In this document: one piece after another, positions 21,183 to 29,700 of the stretch
How the letters are laid out: every line of letters starts with the position of its first letter
Position numbering within the stretch: position 1 is the first letter of the stretch
NCBI GenBank assembly: GCA_039819085.1
Contig: JBCBSQ010000010.1
Coordinates: 37,038 to 101,037, forward strand
DNA from: Pseudomonadota bacterium
Lineage (GTDB): Bacteria; Pseudomonadota; Alphaproteobacteria; Caulobacterales; Parvularculaceae
Direction of reading: 5' to 3'
DNA length: 64,000 nt
Position numbers and translations under genes: made by a program
Notes under the pieces: generated by a model
Database searches by the model: none
What the model was told of the DNA's origin: nothing
The model's input: only the letters and a program-made list of their open reading frames with translations

Positions 21183-21212
21183 AGTCCGGATAGTTCCTAT
21201 CCGGACTTTTTT
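21183..21212 (+). terminator. Rho-independent terminator
   Basis: agtccggatag / ttc / ctatccggact forms an 11-bp stem, followed by a run of T (21207-21212). Confidence 0.75.
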
Positions 21213-21269
21213 GTGCGCGGCGCCAGTCTTTTTGCTCGACGCAAGGCGCCGCATTTCAGGCGGCATCCG

Positions 21270-23381
21270 CTAGCGGTTGAAGTGGTAAGCGTCCATGCGA
21301 TCCCGCGCGACCCGGCGCGAACGCGTGAAGATGAACGCCCCGGCAAGCGCCATGACGATCAGTATGCCCACCCGGACGATGTCGACGCCGCCGTCCTGCG
21401 GCTCAGCGCCTCCGGGCGGCGGCGGCGGCGGCGTTTCAATGCTCTCCCGCATATCGTCAGGTTCCGTCTGCGCATCCTGAACCGGCTCGTCTTCCGATGG
21501 CGGCAGAGGCTCTAAAGGGGTTTCCTCTATCGGATCGGTCGGCTGCGCGTCCGGCGATGCAGGGTCTTCGGGTTCCGGCTCGGCGGTGGGTTCTGGAGCC
21601 GGTTCCGGTTGAGGCTGGGGCTCTGGGGGCGCCGCCGGCTCCGCCTCGACCGCCTCAGGTTCCTCAGCAGGCGGTTCTTCCGCAGGCGCTGCTTCTTCTA
21701 CTTCTTCTTCCGGCGTCGGGGCCGGTTCAGTTGACGGCGCCTCTTCCTCTGGTTCGGAAGTCGCTTCAGGGGCGTCTTCCTGCGGTGCGGCCGGCGTCGC
21801 TTCGGCCTCGTCCTCAATGGCTGGTTCTTCGCCAGCAGCCTCTTCGGCGTCTTCCGCCTCTTCGGCTTCGGCGGCCTCGACGTCTACGTCTTCAGGCGGA
21901 CAAATCGGGACGCCGTCGGCGGTCGTCTCCGCGGCGGCCTCAGCGTCTTCATCATCCGCGCCGGCGGCGGTCGCCGCTGCGGTGGGGACGCACTCGACCG
22001 CGTCCGCGGCGTCTTCGGCTGCAGCGTCGTCCGTCTCTTCGGCTTCAGGCGCCTCTGGCGCCGCGTCCTCGGCGGTTTGCTCGCCTTCGGCAACGTCTTC
22101 CGCAGGTTCCGCCGAGGGTTCTGCTTCCGCCGGGTCCTCTTCGTCGCCAGGCCTGTCTTCGGACGGCGCATCCTCCGATGGCGTCTCGTCCGCGCTGTCG
22201 CCGCCGGTCATGTTATCCAGCGCTTCGCGGCCTTCTTCGATTGCGCCGCTTTCCGCCGCCGCGCCGGCCGCGCTGGCGCCGCCGACGGCCGCGCCCGCGT
22301 TGCCGACATTCCGGGCATCATTGATTTCGCGATTGCCGGCGCGCGTCGCGTCCCGGTCATTGGCCTCAAGCCGCCCCGGCGGGATCGACTTGCGTGTGTC
22401 CGCGAGCGCTTCGTCGAGCGCGTTCATGGTCGCTGAGTTCACCGCGCCAGTGATCTCAAGGCCATTCTCGCGCTGGAAGTTGGCGACTGCGCGTTCCGTA
22501 TTGACGCCGAAAACGCCGTCTTCCGCGCCGGCGTTATAGCCAAGGAGATTGAGCGCGCGCTGCACTTCACGCACGTCCGATCCGCGCTCGCCGAGCGACA
22601 GCCCATCCGGCTGATCCGGCAGCGCCTCGTTGCGCCGGCCCTCATAGTCATCTGCGCCTTGATCAATGCGCTGCGGATTGCGGACAAGGTCCAGCACCCT
22701 CCGTGTCCAGACGATGCGCTCTGATTCGCCATGGGCGGGCGCGCTCGTCTCCGGATTGCCGCGATTGATCCCGCGTGAGACCGCGCGCACATCGTTCTGG
22801 TCCGCATACGACCCAAGGCCGAGATTATTGAAGTAAGACGCCGCGATCTCGATCGATTTCTTGAGGTTGCGCTCCAGGATCTCCGGATCGCGCTCAAGGT
22901 CGTAACCGGCGATTTCTCCAAAGCGGCGATAATTGTCGCGGCCCGTCAGCTGGAAGAAGCCGCGGCCGCGATAGCGCCAGCCGTCGCCGGAGGCTTCATC
23001 GCCATTGCCGAGGCGGTTCGCATAAACGCGATTGGCGATCTTGCGCGGGTTTCGCTCATACCGCTGCGCCTCGCGGATGCCCCCCGGGAAGTGGCGCGGG
23101 AAGATCTGCATCAGACGTTCCGCGCTGTAGTTCAGGTTCTCGGTCTTGTACTTCAGGAAGCCGGTTTCGATCAGGCCTTGCGCGATGAAGTGAGCGATGC
23201 GCAACGCGGTGTCGATGTTGTTGTCGAGAAAGACTTTCTGAGAGCGCAGGATCGCGGTGATGTATTGCCCGCGCGTCGTAAAGCTCTGCCAGAACGTGCC
23301 GCCGGGCAGAAGCCGCACCAACTTGTTGAAGTTGATCTTGCCGATGTCCTTGATGTCGAAGAACTCTTTATCGTCCGCCAT
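21270..23381 (-). CDS. GH19-type muramidase/chitinase-like domain + PG_binding_1 + long acidic low-complexity linker + C-terminal TM anchor
   Basis: 703 aa with the SD GAGGGGAG. GH19-like blocks are AHFIAQGLIETGF and RGRGFFQLTGRDNY. The PG-binding repeat is GSDVREVQRALNLLGYNAGAEDGVFGVNTERAVANFQ. More than 300 aa of E/A/P/D-rich sequence follows. The C-terminal helix is IVRVGILIVMALAGAFIF, followed by TRSRRVARDR. Confidence 0.8.
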   Translation of the reverse strand: MADDKEFFDIKDIGKINFNKLVRLLPGGTFWQSFTTRGQYITAILRSQKVFLDNNIDTALRIAHFIAQGLIETGFLKYKTENLNYSAERLMQIFPRHFPGGIREAQRYERNPRKIANRVYANRLGNGDEASGDGWRYRGRGFFQLTGRDNYRRFGEIAGYDLERDPEILERNLKKSIEIAASYFNNLGLGSYADQNDVRAVSRGINRGNPETSAPAHGESERIVWTRRVLDLVRNPQRIDQGADDYEGRRNEALPDQPDGLSLGERGSDVREVQRALNLLGYNAGAEDGVFGVNTERAVANFQRENGLEITGAVNSATMNALDEALADTRKSIPPGRLEANDRDATRAGNREINDARNVGNAGAAVGGASAAGAAAESGAIEEGREALDNMTGGDSADETPSEDAPSEDRPGDEEDPAEAEPSAEPAEDVAEGEQTAEDAAPEAPEAEETDDAAAEDAADAVECVPTAAATAAGADDEDAEAAAETTADGVPICPPEDVDVEAAEAEEAEDAEEAAGEEPAIEDEAEATPAAPQEDAPEATSEPEEEAPSTEPAPTPEEEVEEAAPAEEPPAEEPEAVEAEPAAPPEPQPQPEPAPEPTAEPEPEDPASPDAQPTDPIEETPLEPLPPSEDEPVQDAQTEPDDMRESIETPPPPPPGGAEPQDGGVDIVRVGILIVMALAGAFIFTRSRRVARDRMDAYHFNR

Positions 23382-23407
23382 CGCTCCCCTCGTCCCCGCT
23401 TTGTCTT

Positions 23408-23450
23408 TCGCAGATCAGCTCTGGTCCCGTCGCAGATCGGCCCTGGTCCC
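23408..23450. repeat. 2 x 21-bp direct repeat upstream of the GH19 gene
   Basis: tcgcagatcagctctggtccc (23408-23428) and tcgcagatcggccctggtccc (23430-23450). They differ at 2 positions and lie 27-70 bp upstream of the start at 23381. Confidence 0.85.
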
Positions 23451-23653
23451 TTCATTCCCGGGCCGAAGGGCCGGCCAGGCGCTGGCCCAAGGGCCGTCCA
23501 GGCGGCGAAACCGTGGCGCGCCGCGCGGACACTAGCATTTTCCTTAACGAAGATGGCGCCTTTTTGGTCGCCGCACGAGCCACAATTCCGCTAGTTTCTG
23601 AGTGGATGTTGCGTTGCGACGACGCCTTCCGCTTCCATCAAAAGGGGTAGTTC

Positions 23654-24256
23654 ATGCGCAGATCGACAGCTTTTACGCGAATCATCCGCTTTGCCGCCGC
23701 GTCGGCCGCTCTTTTCGCCAGCGTCGATCTCGCCGCCAAGGAGCAAAGCGCGAGCGATGATGCGCCTCCCGCCTGCGCGGAAGACGCCTCGCCCTATCGC
23801 GACTTTGATTTCTGGATCGGCGTCTGGGACGTGGCGCTGCCGGACGGGACGCGCGCCGGTGAGAACATCATCACCACGGTCGACGGCGGCTGCACGCTGT
23901 TAGAGGACTGGATCAGCGCGAATGACGGAGAAGGCCTCAGCCTCAGCTTCGTCGACGCGGCGACCGGCAAGTGGCGCCAGGTCTGGTCGAGCCCGGGCGT
24001 GACAATTGACTATTCGGGCGGTCTTGACGGCGCGGCGATGGCGCTCGAAGGAACCATCGCTTACGCCGAGACGCGCGAAACATTTCCGTTCCGCGGTCGC
24101 TGGACGCCGCTCGATGACGGAACGGTTCTGCAGGAGTTCTGGCAGTTCAATCCGGAATCGGACGAATGGGACGTTTGGTTCGCTGGCGTCTACACGAGGC
24201 GCGCGGGCGAAGACGGCGCGTCGATCGGGTCGACGGACGAAGATCTTGAAGGGTGA
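23654..24256 (+). CDS. hypothetical secreted protein
   Basis: 200 aa. SD-like AAAAGGGG is present. The signal peptide is RIIRFAAASAALFASVDLAA. The body is beta-rich (FDFWIGVWDV ...). No family assigned with confidence. Confidence 0.55.
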   Translation: MRRSTAFTRIIRFAAASAALFASVDLAAKEQSASDDAPPACAEDASPYRDFDFWIGVWDVALPDGTRAGENIITTVDGGCTLLEDWISANDGEGLSLSFVDAATGKWRQVWSSPGVTIDYSGGLDGAAMALEGTIAYAETRETFPFRGRWTPLDDGTVLQEFWQFNPESDEWDVWFAGVYTRRAGEDGASIGSTDEDLEG

Positions 24257-24282
24257 GGAACCTTTCTTTCAGGGGATGGAAA

Positions 24283-26082
24283 ATGAAGTTGCTTCGTGAG
24301 GCTTTTGACGCGGTGGTTCTCGCGCTTGCGGCGGCTCTTTCCGCCCCGGTCGCGGCCGAGGAGGCGCCCGAAATGGTCCGTTCCGATATGGTCCGCAACA
24401 AGAACGCCGCCGCGCGGGAGGCGACGCGCGCGCTTGAGGCGCTCGTTGCGGGCGAGGAAAGCGGCCAGCCGCTCGCCGGCGCGGCGCTCGCGATTCTGAA
24501 GGGGGATGACGTTATCTACGCCGCCGCCGCCGGGTGCGCGGAGTTCAAGCCGCCGACGCCGGACCGCGCCCAGGCCTGCGCGCGTCCGATGACGCCGCAG
24601 ACGAAGGCGCGTGTCGCGTCCGTCTCGAAAGTCGCCGTCGCCCTCGCCGCGGCGCGCCTCGCCGAGGAGGGACGCATCGATCTCGATGCGCCGATTACGG
24701 AGTATCTATCCTGGCCGCAGTCGCCGAAAGGCGCGCGCGTCACCATACGGCGGATGCTCGCCCATGTGGCCGGCGTCAGAGATCCGGTGGCGTACTGGGC
24801 CGTCGCGCCGAAGTTGATGGCCGAACGGTTCAAGGCGGAACCCGCCCTCTTCGCGGCGCCGACCAGGGAAGACGTCTTTGCCTACGCAAACATCAATTAC
24901 GGCCTCATCGCAGGCGCAATCGAGCGCGCGACGGGCGCCCGCTTCGATGAGGCGGTTGCGGACCTTGTCTTGAAGCCGACGGGGCTTGACGCAGGGTTCA
25001 ACTGGTCAGGCGTGTCAGAGGCGGCGCGAACGGAAGGCGCCGCGCTTTATCGGTGGTCTGATGAAGAAGGCGGATGGGCCGCGCAGATCGATGGATCAAC
25101 GCAAAGGCTGGCGCCCCCGCCCTACTTTCCCGCCGCAGAAGGTCTGGACCGAGACGCCTATCTGAAGGAGTATCGGCCCGGCGACAACTCGACGCTCTTC
25201 TCGCCCCAAGGGGGGTTGCGCGCGTCGGCCGAGGATATCGCGCGGCTCATTCGCGCAGCCAGCGCAGTTGAGGCGATTGCGACTCCGGTCTGGCGGGCCG
25301 ACAAGTCGGGCGGCAATCGCGCCGAGGGAAATGACTGGGCGAAGGCGTTCGCCGCCGGCATGGAAATCAATGAGGATGACGTCGCGGTTGCGCCCGGGCG
25401 CACGCTTATCGGCCATGCGGGCGAGGCCTACGGATTATATAGCGGCGCCTGGCGCATTCTCGACGGTTCGGCTTATGAAAACACGCCGACGTCCGACGAC
25501 GACCTGACGATTGGTTTCCTTGTTACGGGCGTGAAGGGCGCGCCTGCGCCGGGGTCAGGCGGGGCGTTCAATCGTCCGACCCAGGATATGATGAGGATTG
25601 CGCTTCGCGCAGCCGACGCGATGACAGGCGCGGAGGGCGCGGCGGCGGCGGAGGAAGACCATCCGGAGGCGCGCCCGTTTCAAAAGGGCCGGGACGCCGC
25701 ATTTGACGTCGACAGCGCGCTGCGGGAGGCGGCGCAATCCGGCAAGACCGTTGCGCTCGTGCTCGGCGCGAACTGGTGTCATGACAGCCGCGGGCTCGCC
25801 GGTCGATTGCGGCAGCCGCAATTTGCGTCGCTCATCGATCGGGGGTTTCACCTCGTCTATGTCGATGTGGGCCAGCGGGATCGGAACATCGATATCGCGC
25901 GGCGTTTCGGAATTGACGAGCTGAAGGGCACGCCGACGGTGCTCTTCGTTTCACCCGAAGGCGCGCTTCTTAATCCGGATACGGTCCATGATTGGCGAAA
26001 CGCCGCCTCGCGCACGCGCCAGGAGACCCTAGATTACTTTGCGCAGTTTGCGCCGCGTCCGGCGGATTCCCGATCCCATTAG
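24283..26082 (+). CDS. beta-lactamase-fold serine hydrolase fused to a C-terminal thioredoxin-like domain
   Basis: Track ORF is 24253..26082. ATG 24283 gives the signal peptide MKLLREAFDAVVLALAAALSAPVAA. The SxxK motif is in RVASVSKVAVA. The C-terminal ~130 aa (KTVALVLGANWCHDSRGL ... GTPTVLFVSPEG) look thioredoxin-fold but carry a single Cys. Confidence 0.75.
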   Translation: MKLLREAFDAVVLALAAALSAPVAAEEAPEMVRSDMVRNKNAAAREATRALEALVAGEESGQPLAGAALAILKGDDVIYAAAAGCAEFKPPTPDRAQACARPMTPQTKARVASVSKVAVALAAARLAEEGRIDLDAPITEYLSWPQSPKGARVTIRRMLAHVAGVRDPVAYWAVAPKLMAERFKAEPALFAAPTREDVFAYANINYGLIAGAIERATGARFDEAVADLVLKPTGLDAGFNWSGVSEAARTEGAALYRWSDEEGGWAAQIDGSTQRLAPPPYFPAAEGLDRDAYLKEYRPGDNSTLFSPQGGLRASAEDIARLIRAASAVEAIATPVWRADKSGGNRAEGNDWAKAFAAGMEINEDDVAVAPGRTLIGHAGEAYGLYSGAWRILDGSAYENTPTSDDDLTIGFLVTGVKGAPAPGSGGAFNRPTQDMMRIALRAADAMTGAEGAAAAEEDHPEARPFQKGRDAAFDVDSALREAAQSGKTVALVLGANWCHDSRGLAGRLRQPQFASLIDRGFHLVYVDVGQRDRNIDIARRFGIDELKGTPTVLFVSPEGALLNPDTVHDWRNAASRTRQETLDYFAQFAPRPADSRSH

Positions 26083-26570
26083 AGAGTTTTGGCCATGGCG
26101 AAACGGCGCAGGCGCGCGCCGCCAAGCGGTACGGTTTCCTCTTGCGTGACCTGAAAGCCCATAGCGGCGAAGGCCGGCGCGGCCATCAGGCTCGCATGTG
26201 TCGTCAGTAGACGAAGCGGATGGCGGCGCGCTTCGGCTTCTAAAGCGTCGTAAAGCGTGCGGAAGACGCCGCGACCGCGGGCGGACGGACGAATATACGC
26301 AAAATCAACATAGCCGTCGGGCCTGAGGCTCATGAAACCGATGATGCGGCCATCCGTCTCGGCCAGCCGAATCCGTTGCCCCTGGAGCCTCGCCGCCCAA
26401 TCCGCCCCCTTGCGAGGATGCGGGACCCAGGCGCGGCGTTGATGCTCCGTATAGGGGCTATCGCCATGCCGCACAGCATCGAACATGACGTCGCCGAGCT
26501 CGGTGAAGTCGCGCAAGAGAGCCCAGCGATATGAAATGGCGTTGGTCAATTTCGGTTGCCTCGCGGCCAT
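26079..26570 (-). CDS. GNAT-family N-acetyltransferase
   Basis: Track ORF 26079..26681 would overlap sbcC, so I prefer ATG 26570. The acetyl-CoA-binding-type segment is YIRPSARGRGVFRTLYDALE. Confidence 0.75.
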   Translation of the reverse strand: MAARQPKLTNAISYRWALLRDFTELGDVMFDAVRHGDSPYTEHQRRAWVPHPRKGADWAARLQGQRIRLAETDGRIIGFMSLRPDGYVDFAYIRPSARGRGVFRTLYDALEAEARRHPLRLLTTHASLMAAPAFAAMGFQVTQEETVPLGGARLRRFAMAKTL

Positions 26571-26628
26571 GGGGGTCGTCAAACAACTTCCCGTAGTTTG
26601 CGCGGGGGGGCGCCTCGCCGCACCGCCA

Positions 26629-29600
26629 TCAGACCGCGCCTTTCTCTTCGACAGTGCTGCCCGTGAGGCCTTTGCGGACATAAAAGCCGTTCGGGATCGC
26701 TTCCTGCACCAGCGGAACGTGGGAAATCAGGCCGACCGCACGTGATTGCCTGACCAGGCTGTTCAGAACCTGCAGGACCTGATCGAGCGTGCCCGAGCCG
26801 TCTTCAGTGTCAAGGCTCCCGAAGCCTTCATCGATGAAAATAGTATCGAGACGGACTTTTCCATTCGCCGCCTCCACGATGTCAGCGAGACCGAGCGCAA
26901 GCGACAGCGCCGCAATGAACGTCTCGCCGCCGGATAGAGTGTCCGTCGCTCTCGATTTGCCTGTGTGAACGTCGAAGACCCGTATGCCGAGGCCGCGACT
27001 GCCCCGGCCGCTCTCGGCGTCCCGCTCTAGTTTGTACCGGGAGGACGTCATGGGGCCGAGACGAAGATTAGCGGCCTCCAGAACGCGATCAAACATGGCG
27101 CCGATCGCATAGATCTCCAGTTTGAGCTTGAACGGATTTTCGCCGTTCGCGAGGGCTGCGACTTTGCGCAATGGACCCGAGGCGGCTTCCGTCTCGTCAA
27201 GCTTGCGCATTTCCGCCTGGAGTTTTTCCCGAAGCTTCATCAGCTGCTTGACGCGATTGTCCGCGGTGGTCTTTGCTTCAGTCGCATTGGCGAGCGATTT
27301 TTTCGCTTCTTCATGCGCCTCCGTCGCACTCTGAAGATCAGGACGCGTTAGGTCTTTGATCGCCGCCCTTGCCGCGCTGGCGGCGCCTTGCGCCTCGTTC
27401 AACCGACGTTCGAACTCTTTGACTGATGCGCTGTCCGACTGAATTGTCGCGATGGCCGCCTTGAGTGATTGATATACCTCGTTTGTAAGCTCCGTCTCGG
27501 CGAGACGCTTGCGGAATGTTCCGGCGGCGGTTTCGAGCCGTGTTTGTGATTCAATCAGTGAACGTTTTGCGCCCTTGAGGTTTTCTTCTGCGGAGATCGC
27601 GTTGTCCCGCGTCGAGCGAGCGAGCTTCTGGGCGCGTTCTTTCGCGGTGATGAGGCCTTCGAGTGTTCGCGACGCGTCATTGAGGGCCGAGGCGAGCGCA
27701 TCGTCCGTCCTCAGCGCTTCCGGGATGTCAGCGAGTTTCCCGTCGCGGGTCGTTCTGGCCTCAATCGCCGCATTCCGGCGTTGATCCAACGCCCCGCGGA
27801 GCCGTTCGGTTTCCTGTTCGAGCCTTGCGATCCGCCGGTCCAGCGACTCGATCCCCGCCTCCTCCTGATTGATGTCCGTGGCCGGACCAAGCGTCTCCAG
27901 GCTCGCGTCGATCTGACGGACCTTTTCAACAATGGCCGCGACTGTCTCCGCCGGCCGGTCCAGCGAGGCGAGGCGCTCTTTGCGTTCAGCGAGCGCCGCT
28001 TCAAGGCCGGCGAGCTTTGCGCCGGCCTTGCGGGCGGTCTGTTCGGCCTCTTGAAGCCCGCCGCGCGCATCCCGGAACGCCCTGTCCAGGCTGGCGTTCC
28101 CGATCTCGCCCGTTGCGGGTTCGGGGTGGTCGATTGATCCGCACACGGGGCAGGGGGCGTCATCCTCCAGGGTCGCGGCGAGGCGCACGGCATGGGCGGC
28201 GGCGAGGGCCGTCTCGGCCGCTTCTAGCGCGGTTCGAGCCCTGTCTTCGGCCTTCGACAACTCATCCGACGCATCGCTCTGTTGGCGGAAAGCTTCTTGC
28301 GCCGACGTAACGTCGGCTCGCGCCTTTTCATAGGTCTGCGCCGTAGCCTTTTGGGCAAGAAACTCAGCATGCGCCTTTATTAGCTCGCCGCGCTCCGCTT
28401 CAGTTGCTCGCGCCGTCTTCAGCGCGCCTGTCCGTTTGATCCGCGTATCGCGTAGTTGCTCGAGTTGCAGCTTGCATTTCTCGAATTCCGACTTGGCGAC
28501 GCGTTCGGCCGCAAGCGCAATCTCAACAGCGTCGGCGCTCTGCGACGCCGCCCTGAGGCGCTCCGCATACCGCTCAAGATCGTCCCTGCGCTTGCGGGCG
28601 GCGTCCACCTCAGGGGACCGAGCCTCTTCCTTTTTCTGGGCGTTGGCGGCTGCGTCGGCTTTCTGTTTCGCCTGGGCTTGCGCCGCTGTCGCCTCAGCGA
28701 CGCGCTTCTCCGCATCGATGGCGTTCTGCTTCGCGGCGATCGCCTGCTCCTCAACATCGAGGAGCAATCGAGCGCGTTCGGCCTTCTTCACCTGGTCAGC
28801 GAGGGCGGCGACGTCAGCCTTCTGAGACATAAGGGCGCCAAGTTCGGCTTGCGCTTTTTCAGCTGCGACGAACCTGGTCTCGAGCGCTTCGGCCCGCCTG
28901 CGTCCTTCTTCCGCCGCCTCCGCCTTCGACCTTGCGTCCGCTTCGGCGGAGGCGTGCGTCGTCAAGTCCTGATCGGCTGCCTCTATCCCGGCAAGCAGCG
29001 CGTCGACGCTCTCGAACCCTTCCGCATCCAGCAGTCCGGCGCAAGCAGTACGTATGTCACGCACATGCTGTTCGGCTTTGCTCGCCTGCTCTTTCAGGTC
29101 GGCCATGAGGGACTGATAGACCGAGACGTCGAAAAGTTCGCGCAGGATCGACTGACGTTCAATCGTCTTGGCGGAGAGGAATTTCTCGAAACGGCCCTGC
29201 GGCAGAAGGACGATCTGTCGAAACTGGTCTGCGCCGTACCCCAGAATTTCCACAATCGCCGCATCAACGTCCCGGACCTTCTTTTCGGCGAGAATTTTGC
29301 CGCGCCTGTCCGCTGTGATGTCATCAGTGGAGAGCCCTGTCGCGTCGAACAGAAAGGCCTCATGCTGGCTGCGGGTCTCGCCTTCGCCGCGTTGTTTCGG
29401 ACGCATCTGGTCGGGCTGGCGAACGACGACGAACCGCCGTTCGCCCACGTCGAAAACGAACTCGACTTCCGTGATGAGGGTCGCGGCCGCGTGGTCCGAG
29501 CGAAGCGAGGCGCGGTCCTGTTCCGCCTTCGACGCTTCGCCGAAGAGCGCAAACGTCATGCCACTGAAGATCGTCGATTTGCCCGAGCCTGTCCGGCCAT

Positions 29601-29700
29601 AAATGCCGAACAGCCCGACGTCGACCGCGCGGCGGAAATCGATGACTTCCCGGCTGGCGTAAGGCCCGAAGGCCTGAAGGGTCAGTCGGACAGGCCTCAT
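26629..29700 (-). CDS. sbcC: exonuclease SbcC (SMC-like ATPase)
   Basis: 1023 aa. Motifs: Walker A GRTGSGKST, a long coiled coil, the zinc hook CPVCGS, the signature LSGGETF and Walker B IFIDEGFGSLD. Its start overlaps the sbcD stop. Confidence 0.92.
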   Translation of the reverse strand: MRPVRLTLQAFGPYASREVIDFRRAVDVGLFGIYGRTGSGKSTIFSGMTFALFGEASKAEQDRASLRSDHAAATLITEVEFVFDVGERRFVVVRQPDQMRPKQRGEGETRSQHEAFLFDATGLSTDDITADRRGKILAEKKVRDVDAAIVEILGYGADQFRQIVLLPQGRFEKFLSAKTIERQSILRELFDVSVYQSLMADLKEQASKAEQHVRDIRTACAGLLDAEGFESVDALLAGIEAADQDLTTHASAEADARSKAEAAEEGRRRAEALETRFVAAEKAQAELGALMSQKADVAALADQVKKAERARLLLDVEEQAIAAKQNAIDAEKRVAEATAAQAQAKQKADAAANAQKKEEARSPEVDAARKRRDDLERYAERLRAASQSADAVEIALAAERVAKSEFEKCKLQLEQLRDTRIKRTGALKTARATEAERGELIKAHAEFLAQKATAQTYEKARADVTSAQEAFRQQSDASDELSKAEDRARTALEAAETALAAAHAVRLAATLEDDAPCPVCGSIDHPEPATGEIGNASLDRAFRDARGGLQEAEQTARKAGAKLAGLEAALAERKERLASLDRPAETVAAIVEKVRQIDASLETLGPATDINQEEAGIESLDRRIARLEQETERLRGALDQRRNAAIEARTTRDGKLADIPEALRTDDALASALNDASRTLEGLITAKERAQKLARSTRDNAISAEENLKGAKRSLIESQTRLETAAGTFRKRLAETELTNEVYQSLKAAIATIQSDSASVKEFERRLNEAQGAASAARAAIKDLTRPDLQSATEAHEEAKKSLANATEAKTTADNRVKQLMKLREKLQAEMRKLDETEAASGPLRKVAALANGENPFKLKLEIYAIGAMFDRVLEAANLRLGPMTSSRYKLERDAESGRGSRGLGIRVFDVHTGKSRATDTLSGGETFIAALSLALGLADIVEAANGKVRLDTIFIDEGFGSLDTEDGSGTLDQVLQVLNSLVRQSRAVGLISHVPLVQEAIPNGFYVRKGLTGSTVEEKGAV

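Noticed and set aside
21500-22300. Non-coding microsatellite/VNTR region
   Set aside because: The repetitive GAA/GCC/GGC-type DNA keeps one long open frame, encoding the E/A/P/D linker of the GH19 protein. The plus-strand ORFs 21497..22324 and 21817..22539 are its shadows.
21270-23381. Prophage endolysin
   Set aside because: No holin, capsid, tail or integrase genes lie nearby. The long acidic linker and the C-terminal anchor are not endolysin-like.
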